This document shows positions 55,012 through 64,000 of a DNA stretch of 64,000 bases, one piece after another. Position 1 is the first letter of the stretch. Each line of letters begins with the position of its first letter. The position numbers and the translations under genes are program-made. This DNA comes from Elusimicrobiota bacterium (GTDB lineage Bacteria; Elusimicrobiota; Elusimicrobia; UBA1565), in contig JBDRPD010000050.1 in NCBI GenBank assembly GCA_043827405.1, positions 156,891 through 220,890 of the forward strand. The letters run 5' to 3'. Below the pieces are notes generated by a model. It was not told the DNA's origin. It ran no database searches and saw only the letters and a program-made list of their open reading frames with translations.

Positions 55012-56199
55012 ATGGCCGCCATTTCCGCGGCGGCCATGTTTCTCGTGGGCGGCTACGAGTTCGTCCGCAGCGCGTCCACCTCCCTTTTCATCGAAGCCTA
55101 CGGCGCCAAGAACCTGCCCTATGCGATGACGGCCATCCCGCCGGTCCTGGCGCTCCTGGTCTATCTCTACGGCCGGCTGCTCTCGAAATTCGGCGCCATG
55201 CGCGCGCTCGCGGTCACCACCCTCTTCTCATCTCTCGTCTTCATCGCCTGCTATTTCGCCCTAGCCGCAGGCCATAAGTCCGCCGCCGCCGCCCTGTACG
55301 TATTCCGGCAAGCCTATATTGTCCTCATCATCGAGCAGTACTGGTCGCTGATAAACAGCACCCTCAAGCCGGAGCAGGCCAAGCTCTATAACGGGCCGAT
55401 CATCGGCGGAGCCTCGATCGGGCCGATCCTGGGCGGCCTCATCCTCAACCGCTGCGCCGAAAGCCTGGGAACCGAAACCTTCATCCTGCTGGCGGCGGCG
55501 GTGCTGGTGCCCGCCGCCATCCTATCCTACGCGGCATACCGCCTGACGGGCGAGCCGCAGCCGCAGGGACGGGAAAAGGACGGGAGCGAGGGACATGTGA
55601 ACCTGGGACTGTTCGCGCGTTCGCGGACCCTGGTGCTGATCGCCGCGATCGTGGCGCTGACGCAGATCGTATCGACCTGCCTGAGCCTGCGCTTCTACGA
55701 CCTGCTTGAGACCTCTATCGCCGTAAAGGACGCGCGCACCGCCTACCTCGGCGGCTTCTGGTCCACGGCCAACGGCTTCTCTTCCGTACTGCAGTTTATC
55801 TTGACGCCGCTGATTCTCAGCCGCACCTCGCTGCGCTGGGTACACCTGGGCATGCCGGTTATCCACATCGCCGCGGCCGCCGCGCTGTTCGCCCACCCGG
55901 CGCTCCCGGTCGCGGCGACATCGCTTATCTTGTTCAAAGGCTTCGACTACTCGCTGTTCCGGGCGGCCAAGGAGATTCTTTACATCCCGCTTTCATTCGA
56001 CGCGCGCTTCCGGGCCAAGCAGGTGATCGACGCCTTCACCTACCGCTTCTCCAAGGGCGCGACGGGCGCGGTCGTCGCCGTCGCCACCGCCGCGCTCGGA
56101 AAAATCCCTGGTCCGGTCTATCCCGCCGCGGCCGGCCTGGCGGCTCTGGTCTGGGCCGGTCTGGCCCTGCCCCTGACAAGAGAGGCGCCGGAAAGCTAA
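55012..56199 (+). CDS. TLC/Npt-family nucleotide transporter-like MFS protein
   Basis: Multiple TMs. DYSLFRAAKEILYIPL...AKQVID..YRFSKG signature. Confidence 0.8.
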   Translation: MAAISAAAMFLVGGYEFVRSASTSLFIEAYGAKNLPYAMTAIPPVLALLVYLYGRLLSKFGAMRALAVTTLFSSLVFIACYFALAAGHKSAAAALYVFRQAYIVLIIEQYWSLINSTLKPEQAKLYNGPIIGGASIGPILGGLILNRCAESLGTETFILLAAAVLVPAAILSYAAYRLTGEPQPQGREKDGSEGHVNLGLFARSRTLVLIAAIVALTQIVSTCLSLRFYDLLETSIAVKDARTAYLGGFWSTANGFSSVLQFILTPLILSRTSLRWVHLGMPVIHIAAAAALFAHPALPVAATSLILFKGFDYSLFRAAKEILYIPLSFDARFRAKQVIDAFTYRFSKGATGAVVAVATAALGKIPGPVYPAAAGLAALVWAGLALPLTREAPES

Positions 56200-57767
56200 G
56201 GCGGAGTGACGCGCTCCAGGACGTCGCGCGGATAATCGTAGAAATACAGCTTATCGTAGGCGAACTTCCGTTCGAAGCCGAAGTCCGCCAGCACGAAGCC
56301 GTCCGCCTCATAGCGCGTATCGGGAGACATCAGCCGACCGGATAGATGCGCACGGCCCGTCGCGCAGCGCAGGGCGTAGTCGAAATCATAAGAAGCGTCA
56401 AAGACCACCGCCCGCCCGCTTTGGCGCGGCACGCCTTTTAGAAGGACGACAGAATTGTCCGGCAGATCGGGCGAATGCCGCGCGATCCCGGCGAGAACAC
56501 TCCGCTGCAGCTTCCAGGATTCGGCATAGTCCCGCGCCGCCTGCCCGTTGGTCCAGGTAAAGGCTCCGACAATAGAGGCGGCCAGAACGCATTCGACGAA
56601 TCGGACTTTATCCGATTTCGGCCGCAGCCGCAGCAGGCCCTCAAAGAGCCAGGCCAGCAGCATCCCGCCGACCCAGGCGCCGGTACCGTTAGTGCGGCTC
56701 ATGATGCCGAATATTTGCGGCATATAGCTGCCCGACAGCGCATAGGGCGCGTAGGAACCGACAAACAGCGCCGCGATCATCAGCCCCGCACGCCCCGGTC
56801 GAACGCGCGGCGAGTCCGCGAAACCGTCCGCCCGGTAGACGGCCTCACCGACAAAGATGACCAGCAGCCCCCACAGCAGCCAGTAAGACGCGCCGAAATT
56901 GCGCCAGGCTTCCGGCGCCGCCAGGGCGCAGATGTGCAGCACGCGGTTGGTTACGCATTCGAAACCGGCGCCAAACGCCTTGAAGAAATGGCTCGCGGAG
57001 AACGCGATCTCTTTGGGATTCTCCCAATCCAGAAAGGCCATGATACCCCACCGCTGCCAGCCCACAACCAGCAGGAAGGACGCGCCGTAGGGCGCCATTC
57101 GCTTGACGGACTCCCATAACGCCGCCGGAAGCTCGCGCCTGGAAGCCTGATCGTGAAGTATGGCGGCGAACAGCAGCAGCGGCGTCAGCATCGCCGACTC
57201 GTAGCATAGAGCGCCCAATACGTAGCACAGCTGCGCCGCCGCCAGCCGCCCGAACCGCCGCGCCTCCAGGCCGTCCCAGTGGAGGAGAAAGCTCGTTAGG
57301 ACCAGGATGTGGCCCAACGGCTGAGGAGTGAGCACCATCCAGAAATGCGTGACGGCGCGATTAGGAAACAAGCTCATAAACAAAGCCGCCGCCAGCGAAA
57401 ACCGCCGGGAGCGCGTCAGGCGCAGCATCACCAGCAGAAACAGCACGCTTTCCACCGCGTCAAAGAGCAGCAGGATCAGCTGCCCCGCAAACGGACGCTC
57501 AGCGCCGCCGGTCAGCGTATACTGCAGGGGATAGAGCAGGATTCCGATCGGCCGCGTCCACACCTGTTTGTAGGCCGCGAACTCCCGGAACACTCCCCCG
57601 ATGCTGTCGGCGCGCAGATAGCGGGCGATGCTTACCCAATCGTCGTTGTAGAAGCCGGTATCGAAGATGAAAAGGCGGAAGGATATGAACTGTGCGGCGA
57701 CAATAAAAAGGACCGCGAACAGCAGCCCGCCCGTCAGACGTCCAGTGTCCCGCGGCTCCTTGGTCAC
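56196..57767 (-). CDS. Multi-TM GT-C-type glycosyltransferase
   Basis: GFYNDDW, RP and YE motifs in a membrane protein. GTG start inferred. Confidence 0.7.
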   Translation of the reverse strand: MTKEPRDTGRLTGGLLFAVLFIVAAQFISFRLFIFDTGFYNDDWVSIARYLRADSIGGVFREFAAYKQVWTRPIGILLYPLQYTLTGGAERPFAGQLILLLFDAVESVLFLLVMLRLTRSRRFSLAAALFMSLFPNRAVTHFWMVLTPQPLGHILVLTSFLLHWDGLEARRFGRLAAAQLCYVLGALCYESAMLTPLLLFAAILHDQASRRELPAALWESVKRMAPYGASFLLVVGWQRWGIMAFLDWENPKEIAFSASHFFKAFGAGFECVTNRVLHICALAAPEAWRNFGASYWLLWGLLVIFVGEAVYRADGFADSPRVRPGRAGLMIAALFVGSYAPYALSGSYMPQIFGIMSRTNGTGAWVGGMLLAWLFEGLLRLRPKSDKVRFVECVLAASIVGAFTWTNGQAARDYAESWKLQRSVLAGIARHSPDLPDNSVVLLKGVPRQSGRAVVFDASYDFDYALRCATGRAHLSGRLMSPDTRYEADGFVLADFGFERKFAYDKLYFYDYPRDVLERVTPP

Positions 57768-57822
57768 CGGATCATTCTCGCAATTTATACAGAGGCTGTC
57801 AGCATAAATGCATAATGTGGCG

Positions 57823-60273
57823 ATGCGTGCGGTTTCCATACTCTTCTTCCTGTCCGGCGCCACGGGGCTGCTGTACGAAGTCCTCTGGGCCAAGCACCTT
57901 GCCCTCGTTTTGGGCAGCACGGCCATCGCGCAAACCTTCATCCTGACCATGTTTTTAGCCGGACTGGCGATCGGCAACGCCGTCTTCGGACGGCTGGCCG
58001 ACCGCTCCGACAACCCCCTGGCCTTGTACGCGCGGCTGGAATTCGCCGTAGCCGCCTGCGCCGCGTTGTCGCCGCTGGCGTTTCGCGCCGTAGCGCTGCT
58101 GCCGTGGAACTTCGCGGCGGTCGGCGGCGCGGTATGCGTGCTGGCGCCCTCGATTCTCCTCGGCGGCACCTTGCCCGCGCTCAGCCGCTGGATCGCGCCG
58201 ACCCTGGCGCAGATGAGACGGGGCGTATCGTGGCTCTATTTTCTTAACAGCGCCGGCGCGGCATTCGGGGCGCTCACCGCGGGATTCGTCCTGATACCGC
58301 AGTTGGGGATCGATATCCCGGTCGTCATCGCCGCCGCCATAAACGCAGCGATCGGCGGGGCCGCGCTCGCCGTCTCAAAAACGCGGCCGGCGCCGGTGGA
58401 CGCGGCGGCGGAAGAACAACGTCCCGGCTCCTGCCCGCCATGGGCGATCTATGCCGCGGTATTTCTCTCGGGGTTTGTCGCGCTTTCCTATGAGATAGGC
58501 TGGATCCGACTGCTCGCACTTTCCCTGGGATCCTCGACCTACACCTTCTCCCTGATGCTGGGCGCGTTTATCTCGGGCATTGCCCTGGGCAGCCTGGCCG
58601 TTACCCGTCCCGGCCTATCCGTTTGGGACCCGGCCGTACTGTTCGCTTGGGCCGAACTGGGCGTCGTCGCTTCACTGCTCGCCGCATGGCCCTTTTATGA
58701 ACGGCTGCCGTATTACGCCATGTTCCTCGCCGGGTCTTTGCCGCGAACGCCCGCGGCTTTCTACCTGGTATCGATTCTGCAGTGGCTGTTCTGCTTTGCC
58801 TTGATGCTCCTGCCAACGGCATTTCTCGGCGCCGCGCTGCCTTTAGCCAGCCGCGCGGCTGGCCGCAGCGATGCCGGCGTTGGCGCCGTGGTGGGCAGGA
58901 TTTTCGCTTTCAATACCGCGGGCAATGTCGCCGGCGCCGCCGCCTCGGGACTGCTGCTGCTGCCGCTCCTGGGAATCAAGGGGCTTTTTACTGCGGGCAT
59001 GGCGGTCAATCTCGCGGTCGGTCTTATCGTCCTGTGGCTGGCCGGCGGCGCCGGCCGGCTGGCGCATCGTCTGGCGGCGAGCCTGGTTGCGGCCGGCCTC
59101 GGTCTGCATCTTTTTTTCTCGCCGCCGCTCGACAACCGGCTCCTCTCCAGCGGCTCATTCCGGCGGGACAAACCGCCGCCGGTCGGATTTCGCACCTTCA
59201 AGAACCTGACCGGACGCCGGAAGTTGCTGTTCCACCGCGACGGCCGCGAAGCGACCGTCACCGTCGAACAAAACCGCGACGCGACGCTGTACTTGAAGCT
59301 CAACGGCAAGGTGGACGCCTCCACCGGCGAAGACATGCGCACCCAGGCCCTCCTTGCCCATCTACCCCTCACCCTCAAGCCCGGAGCGCAGGAGGCCCTT
59401 ATTGTCGGCCTGGGAAGCGGCGTCACCGCCGGCGCCGCGCTGCAGCATCCGCTCAAGCGTCTCGATGTGGTCGAGATATCGCGCGCCGTAGCGGACGCCG
59501 AGAAGCTCTTTCGGGCGCACAACGACTCGCCGCTGGAAGACCGCCGCACCCGGCTGCACCTTGAGGACGCAAAAACATTTCTCAACCGGACGCCGGTCCG
59601 CTACGACATCGTGATCAGCGAACCCTCCAACCCTTGGCTGGCGGGAGTAGGCAATCTGTTTTCACTCGACTTCTACGTCCGAGTCCGCAGCAGGATGAAG
59701 CCGGGCGGAATTATGGTGCAGTGGTTCCACCTTTATGAGATGTCGGATCCCGTCCTGCGCCTGGTACTCAGGACCTTCGCCGCCGCCTTTCCGCAAGTGA
59801 CGCTATGGAGCACGTCTTCAAATGACATTCTCCTGCTGGGCTCCGACACGCCGCTCCCCGAGGAGTTCGGAAAGATGCGTGCGGCCATGGAGGTTCCCGC
59901 CGCCGCGGCCGGTATGCGGCGCATTAGAATCGACAGCCTCGCCGGACTGCTGTCGCTGCAGACCGCTTCGGATGCCGCGGTCCGGCAGGCGGCGGGCGCT
60001 GGTCCGCTGAACAAGGACCATTTCCCCATTCTGGAATACCAAGCGCCTATTGCCTTTTTCCTCAACAAGACCAGCGCGCTGCTCTCGGAGATCGATGAGC
60101 GGCGGCACCCGGAGCGCGGCAAGAAGCTTCTCCTGCCGCGATTTCTCGGCTGGCGGAACGCGCCGCTCTCCCGGGCCGAACTGCGCGGCATGATCCATTA
60201 CCACGAGCTCTACGGCGGCTTCCTGCACCAGGCGCTGCGGGCGGAATGGCGCCGTCGCTACCCGCCGGATTGA
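57823..60273 (+). CDS. Fused MFS-like membrane domain / spermidine synthase-like protein
   Basis: SGATGLLYEVLW repeat, NGKVDAS, GLGSGVT, ISEPSNPW. Confidence 0.88.
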   Translation: MRAVSILFFLSGATGLLYEVLWAKHLALVLGSTAIAQTFILTMFLAGLAIGNAVFGRLADRSDNPLALYARLEFAVAACAALSPLAFRAVALLPWNFAAVGGAVCVLAPSILLGGTLPALSRWIAPTLAQMRRGVSWLYFLNSAGAAFGALTAGFVLIPQLGIDIPVVIAAAINAAIGGAALAVSKTRPAPVDAAAEEQRPGSCPPWAIYAAVFLSGFVALSYEIGWIRLLALSLGSSTYTFSLMLGAFISGIALGSLAVTRPGLSVWDPAVLFAWAELGVVASLLAAWPFYERLPYYAMFLAGSLPRTPAAFYLVSILQWLFCFALMLLPTAFLGAALPLASRAAGRSDAGVGAVVGRIFAFNTAGNVAGAAASGLLLLPLLGIKGLFTAGMAVNLAVGLIVLWLAGGAGRLAHRLAASLVAAGLGLHLFFSPPLDNRLLSSGSFRRDKPPPVGFRTFKNLTGRRKLLFHRDGREATVTVEQNRDATLYLKLNGKVDASTGEDMRTQALLAHLPLTLKPGAQEALIVGLGSGVTAGAALQHPLKRLDVVEISRAVADAEKLFRAHNDSPLEDRRTRLHLEDAKTFLNRTPVRYDIVISEPSNPWLAGVGNLFSLDFYVRVRSRMKPGGIMVQWFHLYEMSDPVLRLVLRTFAAAFPQVTLWSTSSNDILLLGSDTPLPEEFGKMRAAMEVPAAAAGMRRIRIDSLAGLLSLQTASDAAVRQAAGAGPLNKDHFPILEYQAPIAFFLNKTSALLSEIDERRHPERGKKLLLPRFLGWRNAPLSRAELRGMIHYHELYGGFLHQALRAEWRRRYPPD

Positions 60274-61814
60274 AGGCGCAGACGTTCGGCCAAGACGCTG
60301 CCGCGGCGCACGAACAGGACAAAGTGCCCCAGGTCGCCGCCCGCGACCGGCTGGTATTCTCCGCGATACCATGCGGTCACGGGGTGCCGCACGGAATCAG
60401 GGCGGGAGAGAGCCCATTTCGAAACCACGAACAGGGCCGGCGGTTTGCGCTGAAGCGCGGCTAAAACACGCTGCGTCTGCTCGTGCTGCACGGGGCTCTC
60501 GAGCAGCAGCGCCGCGATATGCAGATGACCCGCGGGCGGACTTTTGCGGCTGTAGAAATACAGCGTGGGCTCGAATCCCCACTGAAAGAACGTCTCCTCC
60601 TCGCGCAAGGTATCCTTGAGCAGCAGGCCCAACTTCTTCGCCTCCGAATAATAGCGGTGGCCGTATTTGGCGTAGGACCACCCCTCGACGGGAATCCGAT
60701 AGAAGACCTGTTCGCGCAAAACCAACAGACCGCCCAGCATCACGCTCAGCAGCACGGCCGCTTTCGGCCATGGAACCCGCCCCGTCATCCTGCCGAGATC
60801 TTCGAGAAACCACGCCGCACCAATAACGAGAACCGGCATCCATATCTGGTAGTAGCTCCACTCAAAACGGCCCTGCAGGGCGAGTTGGATCTGCGCCGCC
60901 GCGATCAGCGCGGCCAGCAGGCCCCAGGCGCGGGAACCCCGCGCTCCGCCCCATACGGCGCCCGCCAACGCCGCTATCCAAAACGGCGTCAGCGACCGGA
61001 ACACCGCCGGAATGAGATGGCTGAAGTGCAGGGACCGCCAAAGATTTCCCCAAAAACCACCGGCAAAAAACTGATTAAACGAAACATTCGCAGTATAGAA
61101 AACGGCGAAGTCTCCCTTGGCTCCATAGTAGCCGCAAATCAGCGCCCACATAACGAAACCTGGAACGGCCATTGCCGCCGCCTGGCGGAGCCAGACGCCT
61201 TGCGGCGTCCGACGCCTGAACGCGAAAAGCACGTGCGCGCCCGCCAGCAGCACGGCGCTGACAAAGGACACGGAGCGGATAGCCGACGCCAGCGCCAGGA
61301 GCGCGCCGATTCCCAAGCAGCGCTTGAGCGCCGGCTTCTCCGCCGGCAGGCGCAGCAGCAGCGCCAGCGCCCATACCGTACAGGCATTAATGAACAGCTC
61401 CGACTCCGGCTGATTGGCGCGGAAAAAGAGGTCCCCGGACAGGACCGCCCAGAAGAAAGCGGCCCACAGCCCGGTCCGCAGCGGGCTCCCGCGGCAGCTC
61501 GCAGCCCGGTACACGCCGAGCAGGATCACGCAGGAACCGATCAGGTTCAGCATTAAAATGCCGAGGGTATTGTATCCGAACAGCAGTTCGCCCGCGGCAT
61601 AGATCCAGAAGATGCCCGGCGGCCGATGCTCCCACATATCCGTATAGAGAGCGCGCCCCGCGAGCATCTCGTGGGAGGTAACGGAATAGATGCCGATATT
61701 CCGCTCCAGCGGCTCATCGAAGGTGTAAATGCGCTGAAACAGAATAAGGGCGGCCAACCCGACGAGGACAATACCCGCAGTCGTTGATCTTGATATTTTT
61801 TGCGCGCCCGTCAC
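60258..61814 (-). CDS. ArnT/PMT-like (GT39/GT83) glycosyltransferase
   Basis: LYTDMWEHRPPG loop and many TMs. GTG start inferred. Confidence 0.75.
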   Translation of the reverse strand: MTGAQKISRSTTAGIVLVGLAALILFQRIYTFDEPLERNIGIYSVTSHEMLAGRALYTDMWEHRPPGIFWIYAAGELLFGYNTLGILMLNLIGSCVILLGVYRAASCRGSPLRTGLWAAFFWAVLSGDLFFRANQPESELFINACTVWALALLLRLPAEKPALKRCLGIGALLALASAIRSVSFVSAVLLAGAHVLFAFRRRTPQGVWLRQAAAMAVPGFVMWALICGYYGAKGDFAVFYTANVSFNQFFAGGFWGNLWRSLHFSHLIPAVFRSLTPFWIAALAGAVWGGARGSRAWGLLAALIAAAQIQLALQGRFEWSYYQIWMPVLVIGAAWFLEDLGRMTGRVPWPKAAVLLSVMLGGLLVLREQVFYRIPVEGWSYAKYGHRYYSEAKKLGLLLKDTLREEETFFQWGFEPTLYFYSRKSPPAGHLHIAALLLESPVQHEQTQRVLAALQRKPPALFVVSKWALSRPDSVRHPVTAWYRGEYQPVAGGDLGHFVLFVRRGSVLAERLRLQSGG

Positions 61815-61848
61815 CCGGTTAGTATAGCCCTTCCACCGCCGTCCCGAA

Positions 61849-62679
61849 ATGATATCCTCAGACACGATGCGCAGGGTCCTTAATATCGCCCATCGGGGCG
61901 CCCGCAGCCTGGCGCCCGAGAACACGCTGGCGGCCGCGCGTAAAGGCCACGCCTGCGGCGCCGACCTATGGGAAACCGATATCGCGGTCACCCGGGACGG
62001 CGAGCTCATCCTCATGCACGACGACACCTTCCAGCGCACGACCGACGTAGCTCAGCGCTTTCCCGAGCGCGCGGCCTCGCCCTTCACTTCCTTTACGCTC
62101 CCGGAGATCCGCACGCTCGACGCCGGCTCCTGGTTCAACACCCAGGACCCCTACGGGCAGATCGCGGCCGGCGCGGTAACCGCCGCGGAGCAGGAGAGCT
62201 TTCGGGGCCTGAAGGTCCCGACGCTGCGCGAGGCCCTGACCCTCACCCGGGACCTGGACTGGCGGGTCAACCTTGAACTCAAGCGCCTGCCGGGCGAGCT
62301 GGAGGACTATCCGGTTGCGGGCAAGGTCCTGGAGCTCATCGACGCCATAAAACTCGACCCCCGCCATGTGCTCATATCGTCGATCCGTCAGGACTGGCTG
62401 TGGGAAATACGCGGCCAGCGGCCGGATATTGAAGTTCAGGTCCTGCTGGGACTAATGCCCGACGATCCGATCGACTTCGGCGAGCGGGAGTTCGAGACCT
62501 ACAATGTCCGGATCACGCGCATCAGCGAGAACGAAGTGCACGCCCGGACCGAGGAAGGCCTCGCCGTCAACCTCTACGTAGCCAACGAAGAAGACGGGAT
62601 GCGGCGCTTCGCCGACGCCGGCGCCGCCGGCCTCATCACCGACTTCCCGCAGCGGCTTAAAGACCTGCTCGAGTCTTAG
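61849..62679 (+). CDS. Glycerophosphodiester phosphodiesterase
   Basis: AHRGA...PENT, ETD, HD, NLELK, ITDFP. ATG 61867 is an alternative start. Confidence 0.92.
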   Translation: MISSDTMRRVLNIAHRGARSLAPENTLAAARKGHACGADLWETDIAVTRDGELILMHDDTFQRTTDVAQRFPERAASPFTSFTLPEIRTLDAGSWFNTQDPYGQIAAGAVTAAEQESFRGLKVPTLREALTLTRDLDWRVNLELKRLPGELEDYPVAGKVLELIDAIKLDPRHVLISSIRQDWLWEIRGQRPDIEVQVLLGLMPDDPIDFGEREFETYNVRITRISENEVHARTEEGLAVNLYVANEEDGMRRFADAGAAGLITDFPQRLKDLLES

Positions 62680-63902
62680 CGCTTCTTCTTAAGAATCTTC
62701 GCGACCGCCGGCGCGTCGATGCGCTCGCAGACCGCGAGTTTGCCCACCAACGGCCGCGCGTAATCGATGAAGGCCTGCGTCACCATTGAGTTATTCACAT
62801 GGAAGAACTCTTTGGGCATGTGTTTGGTGTGCTTAGCCACGGTCTTCAGCGGCGTCAGGAAACACTCTGAAGCGTAGTCGCCGGTGCGCCGGATAGCGAC
62901 GCTGCCGTCACGATTCTCCCACGCGGCGAACTGCACCGCCTTCTCGCCGACTTCGCGCGCCTCCCAGGCGTCGACCTCGGAGACGACGCCGAGGAAGCTG
63001 CGCTGCAAATAGCCGAAGGTGTCGCTGCGCACGCGCTTGATCTTAAGCTTCTCCTTAACCACCGCGCTCAGGGCGTCGCCCAGCGCCCCGGTCCCGGAGA
63101 GCTGCACATTGCCGTGCGCGTCGCGCTCCTGCGATTTCGTCAGCGCCGAAATGATCGGCGTCCCTTTCTTGTCGCAGACCCCCTCGGAGATGGCGACGAC
63201 GCAGCGCTTGTGCTTCTTAAAGGTCTTGTCGACGTCGGCCAGGAACTTCTTCTCGCTGAACGGCACCTCCGGGACATAGACCAGATGCGGGCCGTCATCG
63301 GCATAGGTGCGGCCCAGCACGCTGGCCCCGGTAAGGAAGCCCGCGTTGCGGCCCATGACGACGCCGATATAGACGCCCGGGATGCTGCGGTTGTCGAGGT
63401 TGACGCCGGCGAAGGCGTTGGCCACGAACTTGCCGGCCGAGCCGAAACCCGGACAGTGATCGGTCACCCGCAGGTCGTTATCGATCGTCTTCGGGATGTG
63501 GATCACCCGCAGGTCGTAGCGCATTTTCTGGGCGTTCTCGCTGACGATGCGGCAGGTGTCGGCCGAGTCGTTGCCGCCGCAGTAGAAGAAGTAGCGCACC
63601 CCGTGCGCCTTGAGGACTTTAAATATCTCACTGCAGTATTGCGCGTCCGGCTTGTCGCGGGTGGAGAGCATCCCCGCGGAAGGCGTCTGCGCGACCATTT
63701 CGAGGTTGTGCGTGGTCGCCAAGGTGAGATCCTGAAAATCTTCCGCCAGGATGCCGCTGACGCCGTGCCGGGCGCCGTAAATATTCTCGATCCACGGATA
63801 CTTGCGGGCCTGCAATACCGCACCCACCAGACTCTGGTTGATGACCGCCGTCGGTCCGCCTCCCTGGGCGATGACCGCCTTACCTCTTAGTTTATCTTTC
63901 AC
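62676..63902 (-). CDS. pfp: 6-phosphofructokinase, probably PPi-dependent
   Basis: QGGGPT, GGNDS (Asp at the PPi-determining position), PKTIDND, MGR. Confidence 0.88.
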   Translation of the reverse strand: MKDKLRGKAVIAQGGGPTAVINQSLVGAVLQARKYPWIENIYGARHGVSGILAEDFQDLTLATTHNLEMVAQTPSAGMLSTRDKPDAQYCSEIFKVLKAHGVRYFFYCGGNDSADTCRIVSENAQKMRYDLRVIHIPKTIDNDLRVTDHCPGFGSAGKFVANAFAGVNLDNRSIPGVYIGVVMGRNAGFLTGASVLGRTYADDGPHLVYVPEVPFSEKKFLADVDKTFKKHKRCVVAISEGVCDKKGTPIISALTKSQERDAHGNVQLSGTGALGDALSAVVKEKLKIKRVRSDTFGYLQRSFLGVVSEVDAWEAREVGEKAVQFAAWENRDGSVAIRRTGDYASECFLTPLKTVAKHTKHMPKEFFHVNNSMVTQAFIDYARPLVGKLAVCERIDAPAVAKILKKKR

Positions 63903-64000
63903 GAAACCCTCCTCCCGCGGCTGTATATCAGCCTACATCCAACAACACTTCTGTCCGGTTAAATTTGAAAAGAGAATCCCCCGTCAGTGGTAGAATGGTG

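Noticed and set aside
1..64000. CRISPR array, cas genes, rRNA or an intact integrase
   Set aside because: I saw no regularly spaced repeats or diagnostic motifs. The left island's integrase and far att site, if present, lie outside the window

Overview
Bacterial high-GC chromosomal window. An Elusimicrobiota-like origin is a guess from protein style and cannot be shown from this sequence. Left part (1-~14530): a mosaic defence island abutting the 3' end of a tRNA-Val(CAC) gene. It carries five HEPN-motif proteins, a DUF262+HEPN pair, HNH and PD-(D/E)XK-like nucleases, gene remnants and a decayed tRNA-Cys-like att site. A second small island (14609-17907: M23 peptidase and AbiEi/AbiEii) lies on the 5' side of the same tRNA and is bounded by a duplicated 5' half of the tRNA. 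The rest is mostly core genome: RecQ, EF-P, PfkB kinase, U32 protein, Ser/Thr kinase, dTDP-3-amino-sugar genes, ALDH/ADH, GT-C glycosyltransferases, GDPD and a PPi-type PFK. The main discovery candidate is a site-2 protease gene followed by a 2787-aa Clp/Hsp100 ATPase. The two proteins share a paralogous ~200-aa N-terminal leader, and the ATPase adds ~11 tandem propeptide-like domains, a degenerate GHKL-like domain and HEAT-like repeats. A riboswitch-like leader with a terminator precedes a hydrolase-ADH-ALDH operon. All calls come from reading motifs by eye; no database searches were run.
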